From contig CAXTNM010000017.1 in assembly GCA_964245715.1 (NCBI GenBank), positions 2,911 through 66,910 of the forward strand: a stretch of DNA of 64,000 bases. The letters run 5' to 3'. The translations under genes were made by a program, and so were the position numbers. Position 1 is the stretch's first letter; every line of letters begins with the position of its first letter. Below, in pieces: positions 19,357 to 26,179 of this stretch. Below the pieces are notes generated by a model. The model saw only the letters and a list, made by a program, of their open reading frames with translations. It was not told the origin of the DNA and made no database searches. Origin of the DNA: an uncultured Acidobacteriaceae bacterium (GTDB lineage: Bacteria; Acidobacteriota; Terriglobia; Terriglobales; Acidobacteriaceae).

Positions 19357-20373
19357 CTAGACGGCGCGCATGGGGCCTGGCAGATAGCTGCGGAAGCAGA
19401 CGATCTGTTCGCCATCATTCGCATCCCTGACGGGCAGGGCACGGAAGTTGCCGGCAAGACGGATTCGTTCCAGGCTGCCGAATTTGGAAGCAGTGAGGCT
19501 TTCGGCTTTCTCAGACGGACCCTGCATGGCCTGCAGGCGCGGATAGTGGAAGACAATGCGGTCGCCCTGCTCGCCATCGATGACGAAGAGCGCGGACCAC
19601 TCCTGGAAGAAGCTGCCGCCTTCGCGGTCGCAAAAGCCGGCGACATGGCTTACCTGCATCCCGCTAATGGGCGTGCCGGCAAGCAGCGGCGCACCGAGCG
19701 TGAGCAGGTTGCCTCCGCTTCCGGTGCTGATGGCGACGACGCGCCCCACGTTGAGCGTGACGCGGCGAATGTAGTCGATGTCGGAGCCGATCGCTGCGGC
19801 TGATTTGACGTAGCCTCCGCTGACGCCGCTGCCGACAAAGGCGGTCTGGCCGGTGTAGTCGATGTCGACCGCGACGACCTCGCCGACGGTGAAGCCGGAC
19901 GCCGCAGCTCCAACATCGAGCGTGGTTGCGGTCGAGCCGGAGGCGACGGGCACGGCAGGTAAAGCCGCGCCGCCGCTCCCGTTGGCGGCTGCTCCTGTCT
20001 GGGTTCTCAGGACGTTCATCTGCTGGGCGCCGGCGGTAAGCGCAAGCGGCAGTTTGCCCCAGGATTCAAACTCGAGCGAGACGTTGGCCTCGATAGTCGT
20101 GCGGGCTTGCGTAAGTGGAACGCTGGGAGCGCCACTGGCAAGCGCGACAGTCTTCGTGCCCGAGGTGCGGATGAAGTTCGAGCACCAGCCGAGGTCGACC
20201 CAGGGTGCTGGTGGCGCGGCCGGGTTGAAGGCAGCGATGCCGGCTGGATCCCACAGGGTGGGCTGCGAGATGACGCGGTTGACCGGCGCGAAGAAGGCAC
20301 GTACGCGACGGGCTACAGGAGAGACGGCCGGAGAAATGGCCGGCGTCCCCGGTACAAGCAGCTCACTGGCCAT
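19357..20373 (-). CDS. Putative tail tube / major tail protein (338 aa)
   Basis: [21 protein letters not shown] and IVFHYPRLQ beta-strand patterns typical of siphovirus tube proteins; follows the terminator-like gene with an 11-nt overlap. Confidence 0.6.
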   Translation of the reverse strand: MASELLVPGTPAISPAVSPVARRVRAFFAPVNRVISQPTLWDPAGIAAFNPAAPPAPWVDLGWCSNFIRTSGTKTVALASGAPSVPLTQARTTIEANVSLEFESWGKLPLALTAGAQQMNVLRTQTGAAANGSGGAALPAVPVASGSTATTLDVGAAASGFTVGEVVAVDIDYTGQTAFVGSGVSGGYVKSAAAIGSDIDYIRRVTLNVGRVVAISTGSGGNLLTLGAPLLAGTPISGMQVSHVAGFCDREGGSFFQEWSALFVIDGEQGDRIVFHYPRLQAMQGPSEKAESLTASKFGSLERIRLAGNFRALPVRDANDGEQIVCFRSYLPGPMRAV

Positions 20374-20884
20374 AGCCGAAGACCTCCAGTTGCGCGATGC
20401 GTTCGAGCCTCTCACCGCGCGCTACGACCGGTACAAAGGCCACTTCGCTCCAGAAGATGCTGGAGGCGAGTACTGTTGTGGTCGAAGCACCGCCGCCTGC
20501 GATCTCGGCGATGGTGTCTGCGGTCGCACGCTGCGGCCAGATCGTGAGAGCGCTGGTGAGCTCTGCATCCAGCGCGGCAAGCGTGCGGCCGCGATCCATT
20601 GCCGCGTTGCTCGTGGTGCCGTCGGACGCATAGCGGATCTCGCAGCCGAGGGTCAGCAAAGGGCCTGCGCTTTCCGCATCGACCTTGAGCGTGGTCCAGC
20701 GAATGCAGAAGGCCTCTGCGGGCGAGATACCATCCACTGCCGTGCCGGGCAGCTCGTTCTCGGGCACGAGAACGCCCGGCCTCAGGACACCGCGGACGAC
20801 CATCGTTCGCGCGGGATTGAGCGCAGCGAGGCGGCCCTGGAGCGTGGCATAGAAGGAATCTTTGATGGCTTGGACATTTAGCAT
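20363..20884 (-). CDS. Putative tail terminator / neck protein
   Basis: 173 aa; position between head-closure and tube genes; AGAAAGGA RBS. Confidence 0.45.
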   Translation of the reverse strand: MLNVQAIKDSFYATLQGRLAALNPARTMVVRGVLRPGVLVPENELPGTAVDGISPAEAFCIRWTTLKVDAESAGPLLTLGCEIRYASDGTTSNAAMDRGRTLAALDAELTSALTIWPQRATADTIAEIAGGGASTTTVLASSIFWSEVAFVPVVARGERLERIAQLEVFGYGQ

Positions 20885-20931
20885 TCCAATCCTTTCTGGA
20901 GCAAGGGTGTGGGCTCCGGTGATGGGTGCTC

Positions 20932-21351
20932 CTAAGTGAAGTTGCTGATCGCGCCGCGCAGGCCAAGGCGGTAGAGGTATGGCGAGCCGAAGGCCTCGGC
21001 GGTCGCGATCCAGGTGATGCCGTAGAGCGCGCCGTCAATCAGCACGCCGTCGGCCTGGGCGAAGAGAACCTCTCCCCCGTTGAAGCCCAGAGTGCCGGCA
21101 GCACGGCTGACGGCCGACGCGGAGAGCAGCAGCTCGTAGGAAGCTTCGTCCGGCTTATCGGCCGTGCCGGTCCTGGCGCGCACGCGGCGAAAGAGCGCGG
21201 GGCCGAGCGCGAGATCCTGAAACTGCGGAGTGGCGAGGCCGAGCTGTTCGCCGAGGTCGCCATTGATCGCCGATGCGGGCAAGCGCATCAGCACCATGCG
21301 GCCGCCGACCCCGCGCAGGAGCACGTCGGACATTTGCTGATGCGGCGTCAT
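20932..21351 (-). CDS. Putative head-closure protein (139 aa)
   Basis: MTPHQQ start overlaps the adaptor stop (ATGA); C-terminal VLIDGALYGITWI..YRLGLR resembles gp16-type barrels. Confidence 0.45.
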   Translation of the reverse strand: MTPHQQMSDVLLRGVGGRMVLMRLPASAINGDLGEQLGLATPQFQDLALGPALFRRVRARTGTADKPDEASYELLLSASAVSRAAGTLGFNGGEVLFAQADGVLIDGALYGITWIATAEAFGSPYLYRLGLRGAISNFT

Positions 21352-21983
21352 CCGAGACGCTCCGCCCGATACGGCTGCAGCATCAGCTCGACGCCTGGAT
21401 CGATCAGCTGATTCGAGAAGTACTGCATCTCGAGGGTGTCGAGCTTGCTGCTCTTCACGTTGAGCGCGGGGATTGCCTGGGCGTTCTTGACGATCTGTGC
21501 GCAGGCAGCCATGACCTGCGTCGGCATGTTTACAAAACCCGCAGTGTAGGTCAGCTCGACCTCGTTGTAGCCGAGCCCAGCTCCGAGAAACGTAGAAGGC
21601 AGTGTGACCTCGCGCGGTCCGGCATAGACATCGGCCGTCGACACATCGAGGTTCGTCCACGTGCCCGGCAGCCCGAATGCTGTAGCGATTTGCTGGAGGA
21701 AGAGGCCGTTGTGGCTTGACTCGAGGGCGACGTCCTCGCCGCGGCGCGGTCGTGCGTAACGCACGCGTCCGCTGAGGAGCGCGCCTAGGAGCAGCGGGCC
21801 GTAGCTGAGGCGGAAGGTCTGCGAACCGGCGATCAGGCGAACGCGCTCGGTGTACTGGGTGGCGAAGAGCGAAGGCCGGCGGCACCAGGCTTCCATCAGG
21901 GCCGAAGCCATGGTGACGAGCTCGTCGGCGGTCTCCGGCTGCAAGCCGTAGGCTTCGTACGATGTGGGCGAGAGGTAACCCAT
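21348..21983 (-). CDS. Putative head-tail adaptor (gp6/gp15-like)
   Basis: ASALMEAWCRRPSL, ELTYTAGF..MPTQVMAAC and LMLQPYR motifs of head-tail connectors; directly after the capsid gene. Confidence 0.65.
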   Translation of the reverse strand: MGYLSPTSYEAYGLQPETADELVTMASALMEAWCRRPSLFATQYTERVRLIAGSQTFRLSYGPLLLGALLSGRVRYARPRRGEDVALESSHNGLFLQQIATAFGLPGTWTNLDVSTADVYAGPREVTLPSTFLGAGLGYNEVELTYTAGFVNMPTQVMAACAQIVKNAQAIPALNVKSSKLDTLEMQYFSNQLIDPGVELMLQPYRAERLG

Positions 21984-22011
21984 CGTGGTCTCCTTTCAAG
22001 AGCGAGGGATC

Positions 22012-22047
22012 AAGGCAAAGGGTGAACAGGCGTTGACCTGTTCACCC
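22012..22047 (-). terminator. Stem-loop plus TTTGCCTT tail downstream of the capsid gene
   Basis: Minus strand GGGTGAACAGG-tcaacg-CCTGTTCACCC-TTTGCCTT; perfect 11-bp stem. Confidence 0.65.
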
Positions 22048-22072
22048 CCGTTTTGGTTGCGAGGCCAAGGGC

Positions 22073-23044
22073 CTACCGGTCGACGAGGACCTGATAGTGG
22101 GCGTAGTTGGCGCCCTTCACGACAACGCCGCCGAACTTGACCACCACATACTGCGAGGCGAGGTTGCCGGGGACGCCGAGCTGGAAGACGCGCGGGTTCG
22201 GGTCCGAGAGCCAGTGATATTCGATCAGGTCTTCGGTGACGATGTACGCGGGCAGGACGGCCGAGCCTGAGCCCGGCGTACCCGTGTAGGGCAAGGTCCA
22301 CTCGGGGATCAGCGGGATGTCGCCGGCCTGCGTCGAAAGGGTCTTCACCGTAAGGCCGCCCTCGATGCTCCGCGTGGTCAGGACCACGTTGTACTCCGTC
22401 TTCATTTCGCGGTCGATCAGGTCGAGCAGCACCGGGTTCGCATAGATCGCGGTCGGACGCACGCCGAAAGAGGTGTTCGAGAGCATCTGCGCGATGGTCG
22501 ATTTGAGACCGTCGACGATGCTTTGCGTGGAGCCGATGGTGGTGGTGTTGCCGCCGGCGACGATCTGCCCGATGGCGCCAAAATACTGCGCGGAGGTTGG
22601 CGTCGAGAAGCTGGTATCAGAGCCGTTCCAGAGGGCGATGTCATGCGTGCGGAGAACGCCATCGACCGTGTCCGCGAGATCCTTCGCCTGCAGGTAAGCA
22701 AACTGCGACTGCTGCCTGCCGAGCTCAAGATCGAAGAGGTTGTAGTTGATCTGTGAGACCAGTGCTTTCAGCGGCACGGCACGCTCGACGCGGGTGGGGC
22801 TGACGATAGGCGCAATGATGTTGCGGGGATCGACGAAGGTACTTGCGGCCGCTGCGACCGGGATCGCCGTCTCCTCGAAGTAGCGCGAAGGATGGCCGGT
22901 TGCGGGGATCTGCTTCATGCGCTGCCCGAAGACGCCGCGGCGACGTACGAGATCGAGGATCTCAGTCTGGTAGACGGGAACTTCAATGGCTCCGGGTCCG
23001 ATGTAGTCTGCGGTCGCGTGGATGTCCGTAAATTTTGCGTTCAT
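22073..23044 (-). CDS. Major capsid protein (HK97 fold, 323 aa)
   Basis: Size, position after protease and scaffold, and HK97-like layout (TEILDLVRRRG; DLADTVDGVLRTHDIALWNG; PTAIYANP; YVVVKFGGVVV); AAAGGGA RBS before MNAKF. Confidence 0.8.
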   Translation of the reverse strand: MNAKFTDIHATADYIGPGAIEVPVYQTEILDLVRRRGVFGQRMKQIPATGHPSRYFEETAIPVAAAASTFVDPRNIIAPIVSPTRVERAVPLKALVSQINYNLFDLELGRQQSQFAYLQAKDLADTVDGVLRTHDIALWNGSDTSFSTPTSAQYFGAIGQIVAGGNTTTIGSTQSIVDGLKSTIAQMLSNTSFGVRPTAIYANPVLLDLIDREMKTEYNVVLTTRSIEGGLTVKTLSTQAGDIPLIPEWTLPYTGTPGSGSAVLPAYIVTEDLIEYHWLSDPNPRVFQLGVPGNLASQYVVVKFGGVVVKGANYAHYQVLVDR

Positions 23045-23059
23045 GTTTGTCCCTTTCAA

Positions 23060-23096
23060 AAGGCAAAGGGACGCAAGGCTGATGGGCCTGCGTCCC
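23060..23096 (-). promoter_or_regulatory. Stem-loop plus TTTGCCTT in the capsid leader, overlapping an alternative RBS-sequestering hairpin
   Basis: GGGACGCAGGC...GCCTTGCGTCCC-TTTGCCTT; alternative stem GTCCCTTT/AAAGGGAC (23049-23072) covers the RBS. Confidence 0.5.
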
Positions 23097-23169
23097 TGGT
23101 TGGATTGAGTTGTGGCTGGGAGTTGCTCGACGAGCGAGTGATCCGCCGTGGTTGACGAAGAGCGACGCT

Positions 23170-23577
23170 CTAGGCGAGCAGACCGGTACGAAGCATCTCC
23201 GACTTGACGGCGATGCGCTGCTCGATCGAGAGGCTGCGAAGCGAGGAGTCGAGCGCCGAGGCTTCAAGCGCAACGCCATCCCGTGAGGCAAGTGCGGACG
23301 CGCCCGCGGACGCTGTCTTCCGCGTGGACGAATGAGTCGTTTGGACGCGAGCGGCTTCTGCGCGCAGCGAAACAATGGTTGCCGCAGCCTCGGCGAGCTG
23401 CTGTTCTAGTTGCTGTTCGCGCGGGCTCACGAGCGAAGCGTTCAGCTCAACACCGGCGAAGCGTTCAGCAGCCTGTTCGAGCAGGCTGGCCGCGGCGTTC
23501 AGACGCTCGAGCGCGCAGCCGAGATCGTCGCTGGCATGAGCATTGAGGTCAGTAGGTACTTGCATTTCCATCTCCAT
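23170..23577 (-). CDS. Putative capsid scaffolding protein
   Basis: 135 aa, Ala/Glu/Gln-rich coiled coil, directly upstream of the capsid gene; AAGGAG RBS. Confidence 0.5.
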   Translation of the reverse strand: MEMEMQVPTDLNAHASDDLGCALERLNAAASLLEQAAERFAGVELNASLVSPREQQLEQQLAEAAATIVSLRAEAARVQTTHSSTRKTASAGASALASRDGVALEASALDSSLRSLSIEQRIAVKSEMLRTGLLA

Positions 23578-23593
23578 GAAGACATCTCCTTAA

Positions 23594-23986
23594 CTAGTTG
23601 CTGGGAACGGCTTGTATCGCGGGCGCAGGCTGCGCGTTGAGGATGGCGACGACAGCGTTAACCAGGCTGGTAATGTACTCCGGGCTTGCATTTATGCCCG
23701 CATGGCTCAGCAGGGTTGTGACCGCTCCCTGCGAGATGGTGAGAACCTCCGAGAGCTTCTGCGCTCCCGTGCCGCTTTGCACGCCGGCCGCGGCAAACTT
23801 CTGCTCGACGGCGAGCACAGAGTTCTGGATCAGGGTGGTTGCATCCTCGGCGGCGGACATCACCGGGGCGGAGGCCGGGAACAACAGGCCGACGAGGCTT
23901 TCGACGGGAACAGCATAGGTCAGGGCAAACTTGAGGCCTTTGGCAAAGTCCTTGCCGATGGCTTGTAACACGCCAAGAAACGACAT
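23594..23986 (-). CDS. Putative LL-H-family holin-like protein
   Basis: Amphipathic/hydrophobic N-terminus, then VLAVEQ...GAQKLSEV...LSHAGI...ITSLVNAVV, resembling the LL-H pattern AVEQ..G..K...L...G...I..LI.AAV. Confidence 0.4.
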   Translation of the reverse strand: MSFLGVLQAIGKDFAKGLKFALTYAVPVESLVGLLFPASAPVMSAAEDATTLIQNSVLAVEQKFAAAGVQSGTGAQKLSEVLTISQGAVTTLLSHAGINASPEYITSLVNAVVAILNAQPAPAIQAVPSN

Positions 23987-24020
23987 TGTTTCTCCTTGGA
24001 TTGCGAGTGCGGTTGTGTGG

Positions 24021-24656
24021 CTAGTAGAAGCTGGCTTCGAGGCGGCTGACGGGCTTCTTGACGCCGCGGCGAACGCGGAAGCTGGTACCGCGATAGGCTG
24101 CCTTATCGCGCAGCAGGATGGCCGCGCCGGTGAAGGTCGCCTTGGTGAGCTTCCAGATGGATGCGCGCATGTCGGCGACGTGGGCGTCTGCGAGCTCGTA
24201 GCTCATCCCCATGCCACTTGCGGAGCCGGCGCCGAGTGCGGGCTCCATCTCGGGAAAGTCGCGGGCGTAGAGGTAGCCTGCCACCAGCAGCTTCTTATCT
24301 TCGAGCGCTGCGGAGGTGATGATGCCGCACTTCTGGCGTGCGTCGTGCCCGTCCCAGCCGGCCTTGTAGTCAACGGCCATGCCGAGCAAGCTGGGGATGG
24401 CGGCTTCGGCGGCAGCGTGGGTCAGCACGACGCGATGTCCGCGCGCGCCTGAGGGAGCGCGATCGCTGGGCGTGTCGACGAGTGTGAGGCAGCCTTCAAA
24501 GGGGAGCCGGTTGGGATGTCCTGCGACCTCCGGGAAATCGACGGCCATGGCACTCATGGCAAGTGTATGAGCTCGCCGTGCAGAGTTGAGCAAAGACGCC
24601 GGGAGTCGGCAGGTGGATGGGCTTGTGGGCCGGCTCATGGGTTGGTTCCACTCCAT
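24021..24656 (-). CDS. Putative prohead (capsid maturation) protease
   Basis: His in WDGHD and Ser in GMGMSYE resemble the HK97-type protease dyad; first gene of the structural operon; AAAGGAG RBS before MEWNQ at 24656. Confidence 0.55.
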   Translation of the reverse strand: MEWNQPMSRPTSPSTCRLPASLLNSARRAHTLAMSAMAVDFPEVAGHPNRLPFEGCLTLVDTPSDRAPSGARGHRVVLTHAAAEAAIPSLLGMAVDYKAGWDGHDARQKCGIITSAALEDKKLLVAGYLYARDFPEMEPALGAGSASGMGMSYELADAHVADMRASIWKLTKATFTGAAILLRDKAAYRGTSFRVRRGVKKPVSRLEASFY

Positions 24657-24756
24657 GCAAAGGCTCCTTTCGCCGTAGTGAACGGTCGGTGAGACCAGGC
24701 TTGCGCCTGGTCTACGGATTGGGTATGTGGAAGGGGTGCGGGCAATAAGCAGAGAC

Positions 24757-24796
24757 AAAAAACGGGAGCGGCACCGTGTGTGGCGCCTGCCCCCGT
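24757..24796 (-). terminator. Rho-independent terminator between the regulator pair and the structural operon
   Basis: Minus strand ACGGGGGCAGGCGCC-acacac-GGTGCCGCTCCCGT-TTTTT; ~14-bp stem with one bulge and a U tail. Confidence 0.7.
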
Positions 24797-24939
24797 CTCT
24801 CACTTTTACTTATATTAATAGAATAGCAGTTCGAACCGGGTAGATAGGACAATTATTTTTTCATTGTAAGTTGTTCATTCGTAACGGCATAGCGGAAGGA
24901 TGGGGAGGATGACCCCTTGACAAGGTTTTCCACAGGTGC

Positions 24940-25491
24940 TTAGTCCTTGAGGGTATTCTCCATTTGCAGTTCAAGCAGTTTTCCCTTGATCAGCATGGAA
25001 GTGAGTTGATCGAGAGCGTCCGCATACCGTCGCGATACTGTCTTGTGGCTGATCCCGAGCATGGCCGCTGTCTCACTGTGGCTGTAGCCCTGAAGCGCGA
25101 CGCGACGCACCAGGTGCTGGAGCCCAGGTGTGAGACGCCCAAGGCAGTTGCCGACATCATGAACGAAGATCAAGGCATCGTCAAAACCCCGCACCGTGCA
25201 GTGACTGACTTTGCCACGGAAGAGCTCACGACCCATCAGCGAAGGAACGCGACCGGCCTCAAGCGAAAGCCTGAGGTAACGCTGCAGCATGGCTTCGGTG
25301 TACTTGCGATAGAAGGCCAGTTCCGGCTTTGGTGCCGGCGAGGCGGCGAGCGGCTGAGCCTCTGCCGATACGAGTCGAAGGCAGTGCGGACCCTTGCGGC
25401 CGGGCGGCGTGGTGGAGAGGCGCTGACCGGAGGCAAGACTGGCGTCGGCGGTTGCCCAGACGCGCGGGAGAATGACCAGGGCCGCGCTCAT
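24940..25491 (-). CDS. Sigma-70 region-4-like HTH regulator (phage late-activator type)
   Basis: C-terminal LQHLVRRVALQGYSHSETAAMLGISHKTVSRRYADA matches a region-4 helix-turn-helix; no recognisable region 2; ATGA overlap with the upstream gene. Confidence 0.7.
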   Translation of the reverse strand: MSAALVILPRVWATADASLASGQRLSTTPPGRKGPHCLRLVSAEAQPLAASPAPKPELAFYRKYTEAMLQRYLRLSLEAGRVPSLMGRELFRGKVSHCTVRGFDDALIFVHDVGNCLGRLTPGLQHLVRRVALQGYSHSETAAMLGISHKTVSRRYADALDQLTSMLIKGKLLELQMENTLKD

Positions 25492-25697
25492 CGGGCACCT
25501 CCGACGGTTTGGGTGGAGCGGGTAAGAAGGATGGGTCGGTGCCTGGCCGTACGCGCATTACGCCGCAGTCCGCGAGCTGCGGGAAATTCGGCAAGCAGGG
25601 GGGCGCAGCGACGGCAGTAGACTTTTTCCGCAATCGTGCGGAGCCAGAGAGCTCCGCATCCTTCACAAACTTTGAGATCGACAGTCAAGCTAATCAT
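25488..25697 (-). CDS. Small zinc-ribbon protein (69 aa)
   Basis: CEGC-x13-CRRC, basic tail, GGAG RBS before MISLT, coupled to the HTH gene. Confidence 0.65.
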   Translation of the reverse strand: MISLTVDLKVCEGCGALWLRTIAEKVYCRRCAPLLAEFPAARGLRRNARTARHRPILLTRSTQTVGGAR

Positions 25698-25988
25698 GAT
25701 GTCTCCAAGGCAAGGTTCCCCCCGGCGAGCTCCAGGTGAATCCGGGTGTGGAAAGGGCTCGCTCAGGCTGCTGTGAGGTGCGGGACTGCGAAGCTCAGGA
25801 AGGTCCTTCCATCCTGAGTGCTGCACAGCGGCACCACTTTTCTATACGGTTCTCGGCGTGGATCCTCGTACCCATGCGCCATCTCTCTCGTGCTTCGAGC
25901 ATGCTACGTGCCAGACCTTTAGGGGACGTGCCTTCCTGCTGGTCCCATCGTGCTGGCTGGTAAACAATCTCATCGGGAAAGTTTCTAA

Positions 25989-26017
25989 GTGATATCGCCG
26001 CTGCGGGAGCATGTCAA
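25989..26017 (-). promoter_or_regulatory. Putative sigma70 promoter of the regulator pair
   Basis: TTGACA (26017-26012), 17-nt spacer, TATCAC (25994-25989), in an AT-rich spacer. Confidence 0.55.
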
Positions 26018-26179
26018 TACACCTTTTTCAAGAGCTTCCCGAAATGAATAACCCAAGGTTTATGTATGTGTTAGGGCTTAAAATGGTGCAAATTAGACAG
26101 GTTTTCCGCAGAATCCTCACGTAGAATAAGAGCTCGCCTTTTATTCGCCACGGTTCTTGTGCTCTTGTAAACTGCAAGG

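Larger units (their letters stand above)
6628..26017 (-). mobile_element. Phage-derived head-tail gene cluster, putative domesticated GTA-like element
   Basis: 18 co-oriented ORFs including large terminase, portal, capsid, protease and tail tube; no integrase, repressor, replication gene or att repeat recognised; flanked by housekeeping genes. Confidence 0.8.

Noticed and set aside
22073-23044. Encapsulin nanocompartment shell
   Set aside because: It is embedded among protease, scaffold, portal, terminase and neck genes, with no cargo enzyme.
25989-25994. Lambda-operator-like TATCAC half-site
   Set aside because: Single 6-mer with no symmetric partner and no CI-like gene; better read as the -10 box.
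6628-26017. Ordinary intact temperate prophage
   Set aside because: No integrase, excisionase, repressor, replication gene or flanking direct repeat recognised, and no tRNA target. A decayed prophage is not excluded, but the structural genes show no decay.
6628-26017. Tailocin or contractile injection system
   Set aside because: Capsid, portal and terminase are present, and no sheath, baseplate wedge or PAAR/VgrG-like gene was recognised.
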